Below, in pieces: positions 34,475-43,830 of a stretch of 64,000 nucleotides of DNA. The position numbers were made by a program, and so were the translations under genes. The DNA is from Syntrophales bacterium. Its GTDB lineage: Bacteria; Desulfobacterota; Syntrophia; Syntrophales; PHBD01. The DNA is taken from positions 576,001-640,000 of the forward strand of contig OY764159.1 in assembly GCA_963668175.1 (NCBI GenBank), read 5' to 3'. Positions within the stretch are counted from its first letter, which is position 1. Each line of letters starts with the position of its first letter. The notes below the pieces were generated by a model. That model was not told the origin of the DNA. It did no database searches and saw only the letters and a program-made list of their open reading frames with translations.

Positions 34475-35932
34475 CTAGTCGTCTAAAGCTTCGACAAACT
34501 CGATCTCTCGGGGAATCTTATATGAAGACAGATACGTCCGGCAGTGTTTCAACAATTCCCGGTCATCTGCATGTGCGTTTTGATGCTTCACGATCAGGGC
34601 CTTGACGATTTCGCCCCTCATCAGATCGGGTACGGAGACGATGCGGCAGGCCTTGACGGCAGGGTGCATTTCCAGAACCATTTCCACTTCTCTGGGGTAT
34701 ACGTTGAAACCGCTGGTGATGACCATGCGCTTCTTTCGCCCGGTCAGGAAGATGTAACCCTCTTCATCCATCCGTCCCAAATCGCTTGTATACAACCAAT
34801 GGTCCTTGATGACCTGGGCGGTGGCATCGGGATTTTTGTAGTACCCCTGCATGACATTGGGGCCGCGAACGATAAGTTCGCCGATCTCCCCACGGGGCAG
34901 TTCACGGCCCCGGTCGTCGACGATCCGTGCCTCGACGTCGGGGATCGGAATGCCGATCGACCCGTATTTCTGCGGCATGTCGAGACGCGTCAGGGCGCAA
35001 ATGGGCGAGGCTTCGGTGAGGCCGTAACCTTCCTGGAGCATCACATGGAACTTCTGTTCGAAGAGGGGGAAAATATCGACCTGCATGGCGGAGCCGCCCG
35101 TTATGCACATGCGGAGGGAGTCGGTCTTGAAATGGTCGGCTTTATCGTAGAAGATCATGCCGAGAAAAAGTCTCGGCACTGCGCAAATATACGTGACTTT
35201 TTCCTGTTCGATCGTTGAAAAAATCGTCTCCAGGGTGAAACGCTCCATGAGGACGACGCTGGCTCCCGTTTTCAGAATCGCGAGCAAATTGGCCGAGGCG
35301 CCGAAAGAATGGAAGTATGGGATAACGGCCAGGGCGCAGTCCGTTTCGTTGCCGTGGCCCACCGTGGCAAGAAGCGTAGCCTGATGGAGGAGATTGCCGT
35401 GGGTCAGAACAGCGCCGACGGGTTTGCCCGTGAGTCCCGAGGTATAGATCATCACAGCCGGATCCGGGCTGTCAACCGCCGCAGGCTCCAACTGATCCGA
35501 TTCTCCATGGACAATCTTCCAGAAAGGCGAGTCGGCCGAGCCGTCCGTGAGAATAAGATGCCGGCAAAGAGGAACCTTGTCCTCGATTTCATGGAATCTT
35601 TTTGCCGATGAAGCAACGGTGATGAAAACCTTGGAGTCGCTGTTTTCGATGAAGTGCAGGAGCTCGTATGCCGTGGACATGACATTGAGCGTTACGGCCA
35701 CGCAGCCGATTTTTTGCGCGGCCAGGTAGGCGATGACGAATTCGGGACAATTGGGAAGCATGAGGGAAATCTTGTCGCCCACCGCCAGTCCCAATCCCTT
35801 GAGATGATTTCCTAAGGCATTGACTTGGCGATGCAATTCCCCGTAAGTCGTTCGCTTGCCGTTGTGGACGAAGGCCACCCGTTTCTGGAAACGGCGGCAG
35901 CTGTCATCAAACATGATTCCCAGATTCATCAC
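34475..35932 (-). CDS. Long-chain fatty acid/acyl-CoA ligase
   Basis: YTSGLTGKP, EGYGLTEASP, WLYTSDLG, NVYPREVE. Confidence 0.9.
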   Translation of the reverse strand: MMNLGIMFDDSCRRFQKRVAFVHNGKRTTYGELHRQVNALGNHLKGLGLAVGDKISLMLPNCPEFVIAYLAAQKIGCVAVTLNVMSTAYELLHFIENSDSKVFITVASSAKRFHEIEDKVPLCRHLILTDGSADSPFWKIVHGESDQLEPAAVDSPDPAVMIYTSGLTGKPVGAVLTHGNLLHQATLLATVGHGNETDCALAVIPYFHSFGASANLLAILKTGASVVLMERFTLETIFSTIEQEKVTYICAVPRLFLGMIFYDKADHFKTDSLRMCITGGSAMQVDIFPLFEQKFHVMLQEGYGLTEASPICALTRLDMPQKYGSIGIPIPDVEARIVDDRGRELPRGEIGELIVRGPNVMQGYYKNPDATAQVIKDHWLYTSDLGRMDEEGYIFLTGRKKRMVITSGFNVYPREVEMVLEMHPAVKACRIVSVPDLMRGEIVKALIVKHQNAHADDRELLKHCRTYLSSYKIPREIEFVEALDD

Positions 35933-35958
35933 GCCCAGAGACCCCCATAAACGGGTTC

Positions 35959-36004
35959 TTCTTATCCCATGAGCCTTATTTTTTCAACTGAATAAATTGA
36001 AAAA
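35959..36004 (-). promoter_or_regulatory. Promoter candidate with overlapping inverted repeat
   Basis: Minus strand TTGAAA-17 nt-TAAGAA (35987-35959). Inverted repeat TTTTTCAA-N9-TTGAAAAA (35980-36004) covers the -35 box. Confidence 0.5.
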
Positions 36005-36061
36005 GAGAAGGCCTTGCCCTGCTTGAATCAAATGGCGGCGATATATGCTAATACGCTGAAA

Positions 36062-36889
36062 TCAAAAAGACTTGCTTCGGATAAAGTCAACGGCATTCTT
36101 GAACACGGCCAACCCCATGCCTTCTTCGGGAAGCGTTTCCCGGGTCCAGCGGGGATGGTTGGTAAAGTGGAGGAACGCTTCGGGATGTGGCATAAGGCCG
36201 AAAATTCTCCCCGTGTGATTACAGATGCCGGCCACGCCTTCCGTGGATCCGTTCGGATTGTCGGGGTAAGCCATCGTTGCCTTCCGACAGTTGCGGTCGC
36301 TGTATCGTAGGGCGATCAGCCGTTCACGGGAGAGCCTGTCCATAATGGACTGATCCCTCGTCAGGAATTTGCCTTCTCCGTGCCGGACGGGGAGATAGAG
36401 GCCCCGGATACCCCGGGTGAACACACAAGGGGATTCGGGATCGACGGTCATGTAGATCCAGCGGTCCTCGAACCGTCCCGAATCATTGTAGGTCAGGGTG
36501 ACGGTTTGCGACATGTAGTCGTCGTCGAAACCAGGCAGCAGCCCTGTTTTCACCATCAATTGAAAGCCGTTGCATACGCCGAGGATCAATTTGCCGGCCC
36601 GGATGAAACGGGCGAACTGGTCGTAGAGTTTTTCAGCCTTGCCGGCGATCGCCGCATGCTGAATCCGGTTGGCCCCCGCTTTGGCGGAGCCGAGATCGTC
36701 ACCGTCCAGAAATCCTCCGGGGAGGTTAAGGAAGTGGTAATCGTCCAGGCTCTTTTCGCCGTAAAGCAGAGAGCTGATGTGAACGATATCGACGACATCG
36801 GCGCCTGCAAGTCTGCAGGCATGGGCCATTTCCATCTCGCAGTTGGTTCCGTTTCCCGTAATGACTATTGCTTTAACCTTCATCGGCAT
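36062..36889 (-). CDS. purQ: Phosphoribosylformylglycinamidine synthase, glutaminase subunit
   Basis: GTNCE, PGGFLDGD, GVCNGFQ, HGEG, NPNGS, MPHPE. Confidence 0.95.
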   Translation of the reverse strand: MPMKVKAIVITGNGTNCEMEMAHACRLAGADVVDIVHISSLLYGEKSLDDYHFLNLPGGFLDGDDLGSAKAGANRIQHAAIAGKAEKLYDQFARFIRAGKLILGVCNGFQLMVKTGLLPGFDDDYMSQTVTLTYNDSGRFEDRWIYMTVDPESPCVFTRGIRGLYLPVRHGEGKFLTRDQSIMDRLSRERLIALRYSDRNCRKATMAYPDNPNGSTEGVAGICNHTGRIFGLMPHPEAFLHFTNHPRWTRETLPEEGMGLAVFKNAVDFIRSKSF

Positions 36890-36903
36890 ATCGTGGTCTT
36901 CCT

Positions 36904-39882
36904 TCAGAAGTTGAGCGGCGCCTGCCAGGCGGCCTTTAACTGATCAATGTTTTCTTCAATGATTCTATTGCCTTGAAGCCCCTGAATCTTTAAAACGGGA
37001 TCGGCGATAACCGACCCGATGTGCCGGCAGTCGTGCTGCTTCATGATATCTTCGAAGCGCTGCCGGTCTTCCGGGGCGATCGTCACGACAAACCGGCTCT
37101 GACTTTCGGAAAACAGGAGATAGTCGTCCCGGTCGATGTCCCGGGCGGACACGCGGGACAGATCGATTTTCAGGCCCAAGCCGCCGGCGAAAGACGTTTC
37201 GGCCAGAGCGATCCCAAGCCCGCCGTCGGCACAGTCATGGCAGGAAGCGATCAGCCCGTCCTGCATGGCACGGCTCACGGCGCGATAGAGTTGCTTGGCG
37301 GCGGCGGCGTTGACCCTGGGGACGCGGTTGCCTACATAACCATGATGGGCAAACCATTCCGACCCCCCCAGTTCAGGCAGGGTTTCGCCCAGGACATAAA
37401 CCAAATGTCCTGCTTTTTTAACGTCCATGGTCACCGCCTTGCGGACGTCTTCCATTTTACCGATGGTCGAAAAGAGGAGCGTCGGAGGTATCGAAATCTT
37501 CGTCGAGCCTATCTGGTAGTCGTTCTTCATGCTGTCCTTGCCGGAAATGCAGGGTATACCGTACTCCCGGGTGTAGTCGTACAGGGCCATGTTCGCCCTC
37601 ACCAGTTGAGCCAGCTTGTATTCTCCGTCCGGCGTCTTCTCGGACTGGACGGGATCGCACCAGCAGAAATTGTCGAGGCCCGCAAGATGGTTGAGGGTGC
37701 CGCCCACGGCAATGGTATTCCTGATGGCTTCGTCGATGGCGCAGGCGGCCATGTGGTAAGTGTCTATATCGCTGTATCGGGGACAGATGCCGTTGGCGAC
37801 GACGACGCCTTCAAATGAGTCGAGAAGCGGGCGGATGACGGCCGCATCGCCGGGGCCGTCGTTGGCTTCGCCGACCATCGGTTTGACGACGCTGCCGCCC
37901 TGGACTTCATGGTCGTACCGCCTTACGACGGATTCCTTGCTGCAGACGTTCAAGCGGGAAAGCATGCCTTTCAATGCCGCGCCCATATCCTCCGGGACGG
38001 GGAAGTTCGGTTCTTCGTGGGAGGGTGCCGCCCATGTGGCCCTTAACGCCATCTGGGGGAGGCCTTCATGCAGAAAATCCATCTTGAGATAGGCCACGGT
38101 CGCTTCTCCGAAGCGGACATGGAACCATCCGGAATCTGTATATTGCCCGATGACAGTGGCTTCGACATCCATCTTGCGTGACAGGGCCAGGAATGCGTCT
38201 CTTTGATCCGGAGCGACGGCGAGGGTCATGCGCTCCTGGGATTCGGAAATCAGTATTTCCCAGGGAGAAAGGCCCGGATACTTCAAAGGGGCCGCTTTCA
38301 GGTCTATTTCACATCCCCCCGAAAGTCGCGCCGTTTCGCCGACGGAAGAAGAAAGGCCGCCGGCGCCGTTGTCCGTAATACACCTGTACAACCCTTGCTG
38401 CTGTGCGACCAGCAGAAAATCGGTCATCTTCTTCTGGGTGATGGGATCGCCGATCTGCACCGCTGTTACCGGAGATCCTTCGTGCAGCTCTTCGGACGAG
38501 AAAGTCGCGCCGTGGATGCCGTCTTTGCCGATCCGGCCTCCGCACATCACCACAAGGTCTCCCGGGATGATTTCCTTGACGTGGGTAGGTTCCCCGTGGA
38601 GCGTTGCCGGCATGATCCCGCCCGTACCGCAGTAAACCAGGGGTTTGCCCAGGAATCTTTCGTCGAAGACGATACAGCCGTTCACGGTGGGGATGCCGCT
38701 TTTGTTGCCGCCGTGTTCGACGCCTTCCCGGACCCCTTCGTAGATGCGCCGGGGGTGAAGAATCCTGGCCGGCAGCGGCCGATCGTAGAAAGGCGATGCA
38801 AAGCAGAAGACGTCCGTATTGAAGATCAGCTTCGCTCCCTTGCCCGTGCCGAAGGGGTCGCGGTTAACCCCGACGATCCCGGTCAGGGCGCCCCCATACG
38901 GATCCAGGGCCGACGGGGAATTATGGGTTTCCACCTTAAAGACGAGGTTGTGGGAATCGTTAAACTTGATGATGCCCGCGTTGTCGACGAAGACCGACAG
39001 GCACAAATCTCGATCACCCATCTTCTCCCGTATTTCCTTGGTGGAGCCTTTGATGTAGGTGCCGAACAGCGAATCGATGTGCTGCGTGCCGCCGTTGCCG
39101 TCGTCGTACGTGATCAGGCTGTTGAATATCTTATGTTTGCAATGTTCCGACCACGTCTGGGCCAGACATTCCAATTCGGCATCTGTGATCTTCCTGCCCA
39201 GTCCCACCCTCTTCCGTTCTTTCTGAATCGCGTCGTCCGCGAAATAATCGCGCAGAACCTGCATTTCCATAAGATTCAAGGCGAGAATACGTTCATTGCT
39301 GATCTGCACCAGCCTCTCGTCCGGCACGTTGAGATCGATCTCCTCGGTCTGCGTGGTGTCCGTTCCCGATACCCGCGGGACATAGGGTTTCATCCCCTGG
39401 GCGGGGTCCCAGGTGCGGCCGTCGATAATGACGAAGTGTTCGATGAGGTCGTTGGAGAGCAGATTGGTGGCTATGCGTTCCGCATCGCTTTTCGGAATCC
39501 GTCCAAAAATAAGGTATTGTCTGGACGTGTAAACGCCGATGGCGGAGTCCGGGGGCTTGCCCAGCAGAAGTCCGATGGCCTCCCGGGCCGTCTTACCGAC
39601 ATTGTCGGTCACACCGGGCTTAAAGCCCACTTCGATCATCCAGTCGAAGCCGGATGGCGGTCCCTGATCGATTTCGTAATGCTGGATAATCGGATCGGAC
39701 AGAGGACCGGCCGCGATTCTTTCCTGTTCGTCGCGGCTCAACGAGGCGTCAATGGTATAAATTTCGATTGTCTTGACTTCGGCGACGCTGATGCCCAAAT
39801 GATCTATGATCCGTCTTTTTATCTTCTCTCCCAGGGCATCTCTGATGCCCGATTTAAAACCGATTGCGATGCGATTTGCCAT
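36904..39882 (-). CDS. purL: Phosphoribosylformylglycinamidine synthase synthetase subunit with N-terminal PurS-like region
   Basis: QTWSEHCKHK, ETHNSPS, DNGAGG, SESQERM, GKDSM. N-terminus has PurS-like KPGVTDNVG. Confidence 0.95.
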   Translation of the reverse strand: MANRIAIGFKSGIRDALGEKIKRRIIDHLGISVAEVKTIEIYTIDASLSRDEQERIAAGPLSDPIIQHYEIDQGPPSGFDWMIEVGFKPGVTDNVGKTAREAIGLLLGKPPDSAIGVYTSRQYLIFGRIPKSDAERIATNLLSNDLIEHFVIIDGRTWDPAQGMKPYVPRVSGTDTTQTEEIDLNVPDERLVQISNERILALNLMEMQVLRDYFADDAIQKERKRVGLGRKITDAELECLAQTWSEHCKHKIFNSLITYDDGNGGTQHIDSLFGTYIKGSTKEIREKMGDRDLCLSVFVDNAGIIKFNDSHNLVFKVETHNSPSALDPYGGALTGIVGVNRDPFGTGKGAKLIFNTDVFCFASPFYDRPLPARILHPRRIYEGVREGVEHGGNKSGIPTVNGCIVFDERFLGKPLVYCGTGGIMPATLHGEPTHVKEIIPGDLVVMCGGRIGKDGIHGATFSSEELHEGSPVTAVQIGDPITQKKMTDFLLVAQQQGLYRCITDNGAGGLSSSVGETARLSGGCEIDLKAAPLKYPGLSPWEILISESQERMTLAVAPDQRDAFLALSRKMDVEATVIGQYTDSGWFHVRFGEATVAYLKMDFLHEGLPQMALRATWAAPSHEEPNFPVPEDMGAALKGMLSRLNVCSKESVVRRYDHEVQGGSVVKPMVGEANDGPGDAAVIRPLLDSFEGVVVANGICPRYSDIDTYHMAACAIDEAIRNTIAVGGTLNHLAGLDNFCWCDPVQSEKTPDGEYKLAQLVRANMALYDYTREYGIPCISGKDSMKNDYQIGSTKISIPPTLLFSTIGKMEDVRKAVTMDVKKAGHLVYVLGETLPELGGSEWFAHHGYVGNRVPRVNAAAAKQLYRAVSRAMQDGLIASCHDCADGGLGIALAETSFAGGLGLKIDLSRVSARDIDRDDYLLFSESQSRFVVTIAPEDRQRFEDIMKQHDCRHIGSVIADPVLKIQGLQGNRIIEENIDQLKAAWQAPLNF

Positions 39883-40034
39883 ATGAATTCCAAGTAGCGT
39901 TTAAAGTTGGAACAACAATATTGTCTGCGGGATGTGCCGGACAAGACCGCCCGCCACCGACTGCGTTCTTATCAAAAGGCCGGACATAAAGCAACTTGAG
40001 AAAAGATGATACGGGGGATGGGGATTGATCCGTT

Positions 40035-40688
40035 CTATGCGCTAAAGCCATTTGCCACGTAAGGTTTAGCCACCAGATAGAGGAGCGGCATAGGTCCTTC
40101 CAACGATTGTTTTTTTAAGATGCGAAATCCGGATTTTTCCACAAGGTCGGCAAATTCCTGGATTGTGAATTTATGGTAGGCTCTGAATCCTGAAAACTCC
40201 ATGAGCTTCGAAATAATCCGGGCCTTGAAGGTTTCTCCGTGACAGAAAGTCGGGGCAATCAGCAACCCTTCCGTTTTCAGGACCCGTCTGATTTCTTTCA
40301 GGCATTGTTCCGGATCCTTCATGACATGGAGGGCGTTGGCCACGATGCAGACATCGAACTGCCTGTCGTCGAAAGGCGTGGCATACCCGCTCTGGATGCC
40401 GAACTCGATATTTTCGGCTCCGGCTTTAACGGCCTTTTCCCGGGCAATGTCGATCATCGGGGCGGATATGTCGATGGCCGTCACTTTCCTCACTTTGCGG
40501 CTGATTTCCAGGGCAATGATGCCGGTGCCGGTCGCAATCTCCAGAACATGATCGTCCTGTTTGAGCTCGTTCCAGATCAGCTCGATCAACAGGGAGTAAA
40601 TATCGGAAACTCTCCGCATGAACCGGTCGTAACTGGCGGCGAATCCGTCCCAGAATTTGCTTTCTTCGCTGGCGGTATGATGATCCAT
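40035..40688 (-). CDS. Class I SAM-dependent methyltransferase
   Basis: VLEIATGTG, IDIS, PFDDRQFD, EIRRVLK. Confidence 0.85.
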   Translation of the reverse strand: MDHHTASEESKFWDGFAASYDRFMRRVSDIYSLLIELIWNELKQDDHVLEIATGTGIIALEISRKVRKVTAIDISAPMIDIAREKAVKAGAENIEFGIQSGYATPFDDRQFDVCIVANALHVMKDPEQCLKEIRRVLKTEGLLIAPTFCHGETFKARIISKLMEFSGFRAYHKFTIQEFADLVEKSGFRILKKQSLEGPMPLLYLVAKPYVANGFSA

Positions 40689-41111
40689 GAGTCGGTTATA
40701 ACTCCACGGGGACTCTTCCCGGCTATCTGCGACGTCAATACCGCGATAGGGAAAGAACGTTTAACTGCGAAGCTGGGTTGGTTTCGGCTATCATCCGGAC
40801 AAGGCCCCCTGTGCCGGTCAAGATGCAACCCGTTTGTTCGTCGCTGTGATCCTTATATGATTTACGCGATAATTGCAATGCCCAGCTTCCGGGCGAGACG
40901 GTACCGGCATTATGCGCCGTCCGGAACCGTTTGCCCCGAACCTTGCCGAGATGCAGCCGGAACATGGTCGTTGCATCCCGAATGTCACACAGCGAGACAG
41001 ACCTCCAAGCGGATGCATACGGTTCATGGGGACCGCTTTTTCTCGTTCAACGGGAGGAATATCTTTAGACGCAGCGTAAAATATGGTATGGGCTCGCCGA
41101 GGTATTCGATA

Positions 41112-41423
41112 ATGTCGACCCAGAGGGACACCGTCCATAAATTGCACCATCAGCTTAATCTCATTGAGGAACTCAAGGCCTACAATCCCTATGCGGATGC
41201 GTTCCGGCAATGGCACCTCGATACCGAGACACTGATCGCCCGGATATGGAGTGACGATAAACAGCTTCAGGCCGCCTTCCGGGAAATCATGTACACTCCC
41301 CTGTTTCTTTCCTGTCGGGGCGGCGATACGGTTTTCGACGAGGCATACCGTGAGGGCCTGCAAGCAGCCCAACGCCTGCTCGATTCGCTGATCCGCCGAC
41401 TGAGCGATCAGGCGGAGGCTTGA
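41112..41423 (+). CDS. Hypothetical 103-aa helical protein
   Basis: 3' part of the 40239 ORF. GAGG before ATG 41112; coding-like codon use and amphipathic helices. Confidence 0.65.
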   Translation: MSTQRDTVHKLHHQLNLIEELKAYNPYADAFRQWHLDTETLIARIWSDDKQLQAAFREIMYTPLFLSCRGGDTVFDEAYREGLQAAQRLLDSLIRRLSDQAEA

Positions 41424-41480
41424 CGTGATACGTGCGGGAAACGTGTATTTGCCGCGTCGGCATGATAAGTCATAACCGTC

Positions 41481-42158
41481 ATGGTGAAAGCGTTACTTAC
41501 AAAACTCAGGGATTCCCGATGGGTATGGAACGGTTTCGGTCCGATCTATAACCGGCAGATATCCGTTGCCCTCCGGGAACTGGACGAAGACTTGACCCGC
41601 GATGGAGCGTTCGCAGGCGCGAGACGCGTCCTCGATCTGGGAAGCGGTCCGGGTTATCTGACCCTTCTTCTGGCGGTGAAATACCCTGATACGAGGTTCA
41701 CAGGCGTCGATTATTCATCGACCCAGGTCCGCGTTGCCGAGAAGCAGATGCGGAAGCAGGGTGTTGCGAACTGTACGTTTCAACTGGGCAACGCTATGAA
41801 CATCCCTTTCGCCGACGGCCGTTTCGATGTCGTAGTCAGTGTCGGTTCCATCAAACACTGGCCGAATCCCGAACGGGGCCTGACCGAGATCCATCGCGTC
41901 CTGGCGCCCGGCGGGTGGGCGGTCGTCTCCGAAACGGACAAGGAAGCCTCGCCCGACGCTATCCGGACATTCGCCGCCCGTTTTTACCGTATGATCATAC
42001 CGCAACCGGTTCTCGTCTGGGGACTCAGGCAGATTATTTTCGGCCGGAGTCTCGCCCGCAAGGACGCGGCGGATTTTGCCCGCAAGGCCGGATTTCGGAA
42101 CATCCGGACGGAAGGGCATCCTCTCATTCCGTACTTTATTGTGAAGGCGCAGAAATGA
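41481..42158 (+). CDS. Class I SAM-dependent methyltransferase
   Basis: VLDLGSGPG, GVDYS, PFADGRFD, EIHRVLAPGG. Confidence 0.85.
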   Translation: MVKALLTKLRDSRWVWNGFGPIYNRQISVALRELDEDLTRDGAFAGARRVLDLGSGPGYLTLLLAVKYPDTRFTGVDYSSTQVRVAEKQMRKQGVANCTFQLGNAMNIPFADGRFDVVVSVGSIKHWPNPERGLTEIHRVLAPGGWAVVSETDKEASPDAIRTFAARFYRMIIPQPVLVWGLRQIIFGRSLARKDAADFARKAGFRNIRTEGHPLIPYFIVKAQK

Positions 42159-42194
42159 TGTCCCTCTGCGGCGTGTCGGCGCTTTCCTTTCATC

Positions 42195-42223
42195 TTGACA
42201 CACCGTCTTGATTTGTTTATGTT
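42195..42223 (+). promoter_or_regulatory. Sigma-70-type promoter candidate of the ABC operon
   Basis: TTGACA-17 nt-TATGTT. Confidence 0.6.
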
Positions 42224-42268
42224 CTCTCCTTCAAACATTCCAGCACATCCTGAAAGGAGACGGGAATC

Positions 42269-43021
42269 ATGTCAAAAAAAGTATGGTTCATTGCGGCCGT
42301 TATATCGCTGATCCTTTGCGGATCGAGTGCCCTGGCGGAGGAGAAGGTCTACATCAACGGCATTGACGCCAATTTTCCTCCCTTTGCCTTTGTCGATAAA
42401 AAAGGCGTTCCGGACGGATTCGACATCAAGGCCATGGACTGGATCGCCAAGGAGATGGGGTTTAAGGTGAAGCACCAGCCTATGGATTGGGACGGCATCG
42501 TTCCTAGCTTGAAGGCCAAAAAAATCGACATGGTGGCCTCCGGGATGAGCATCACGGACGAACGCAAGAAACAGGTTGCCTTCACTTTCCCGTATTGGAC
42601 CATCAAGCAAATACTGGTTGTCAAAAAGGATTCGAAGCTCTCGGTGGATGGGGTGCTGGCGGCGAACAACAAGGTCGGCGTGCAGAGAGGGACAACCGAA
42701 GCCAAATGGATGGATGTCAACCTGATCAAGAATAAGGGACTGAAATTTACCCTGGTGCAGTACGATTCTGCGCCCCTGGCGATCGAAGACGTCCTCAACG
42801 GCAGGATTGTGGCTGCCGCGATGGACGATGCCCCGGCGCTTGACGCGGCCAAGAAGAAACCTATCAAAGTTCTCGGTACCTTCGGCATGCCCGATGAACT
42901 TTACGGCTATGCAGTCCGTAAGGAGGATACGGAACTCTTGAAGAAGCTCAACGAGGGTTTGAAGCGCCTCATGAAGTCTCCCTACTGGAAAGAGTTGAAG
43001 GGCAAATATATAGAAAAGTAG
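42269..43021 (+). CDS. Polar amino-acid ABC transporter substrate-binding protein
   Basis: Signal peptide, DANFPPF, GFDI, MSITDERKKQVAFT, VGVQRGTT. AAGGAG RBS. Confidence 0.93.
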   Translation: MSKKVWFIAAVISLILCGSSALAEEKVYINGIDANFPPFAFVDKKGVPDGFDIKAMDWIAKEMGFKVKHQPMDWDGIVPSLKAKKIDMVASGMSITDERKKQVAFTFPYWTIKQILVVKKDSKLSVDGVLAANNKVGVQRGTTEAKWMDVNLIKNKGLKFTLVQYDSAPLAIEDVLNGRIVAAAMDDAPALDAAKKKPIKVLGTFGMPDELYGYAVRKEDTELLKKLNEGLKRLMKSPYWKELKGKYIEK

Positions 43022-43087
43022 AGCCGGAATGCATCCACTTCTTCCGCGGCTGTATGGCGTGAAAGAAGAGGGAGCCGTTACGTCGTT

Positions 43088-43111
43088 ATAAGTTAACCTC
43101 ATAAGTTAACC
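43088..43111. repeat. Tandem direct repeat ATAAGTTAACC x2 (13-bp period)
   Basis: ataagttaacc-tc-ataagttaacc. Confidence 0.7.
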
Positions 43112-43145
43112 GCCCCGGATGTGCCGGGAATGCCTTTGAAGTTAT

Positions 43146-43823
43146 ATGCCTGAAAGTCTCATCGCCGTCGGCGATGCTCTTCCTTATATTATGGAAGGAT
43201 CCGTCGTAACGATCACGGTCGTCATCGGCGCGATGGGGCTGGGGTTTGTCCTCGGGATGCCGCTCGCCGTCGGCCAGGTGTACGGTCCTTCCTGGATCAG
43301 ACGGATGATCGTCGTTTACGTCTGGTTCTTCCGGGGTATTCCCCTGCTGGTCTTCCTCTTCCTCTTCTATTTCGGTTTATGTACGCTCCTTGATATCAAC
43401 CTTTCGGCGTTCACCGTGGCGGTGATCGTCCTGGGGCTGATCAGTTCGGCCTACCAATCGCAGATCTTTCGCGGAGCGATCCTTGCCTTGCCGGAAGGGC
43501 AGCTGAAAGCGGCCCGTGCGTTGGGCATGAGCGATGCGCAGGCCTTCCTTCATATTATTGTTCCCCAGGCGCTCAGGCTTTCCATTCCGGCCTGGTCCAA
43601 CGAATATTCCATTATCCTGAAGGATTCCGCAGTAACATATGCCCTGGGAGTAACTGAAATCATGGCCCGCACCCATTTTGTGGCGACCCGTACCTATGAA
43701 CATATGCCCCTCTATATCGCAGCCGGTGTCATCTTTCTGATCCTGACTTCCCTCGGGATCAAGGGTCTGCGTCTCCTGGAAACCAGGGTTCGTATTCCCG
43801 GCTATGCCCATCATGAATTGTGA
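43146..43823 (+). CDS. Amino-acid ABC transporter permease
   Basis: FRGIPLLV, GQLKAARALGMS, PQALR, LKDSA. Confidence 0.92.
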   Translation: MPESLIAVGDALPYIMEGSVVTITVVIGAMGLGFVLGMPLAVGQVYGPSWIRRMIVVYVWFFRGIPLLVFLFLFYFGLCTLLDINLSAFTVAVIVLGLISSAYQSQIFRGAILALPEGQLKAARALGMSDAQAFLHIIVPQALRLSIPAWSNEYSIILKDSAVTYALGVTEIMARTHFVATRTYEHMPLYIAAGVIFLILTSLGIKGLRLLETRVRIPGYAHHEL

Positions 43824-43830
43824 GGCGTGC

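Noticed and set aside
38203..39897. 564-aa plus-strand ORF, and similar long ORFs at 8889-10178, 25400-26476, 58446-59735 and 60427-61401
   Set aside because: Antisense shadows of well-supported genes, expected in GC-rich DNA; no recognisable motifs.
39883..40034. Purine or ZTP riboswitch upstream of purL
   Set aside because: No recognisable consensus or terminator seen.
40239..41111. 5' part of the 394-aa plus-strand ORF
   Set aside because: Overlaps the minus-strand methyltransferase and reads as non-coding; only 41112-41423 looks like a gene.
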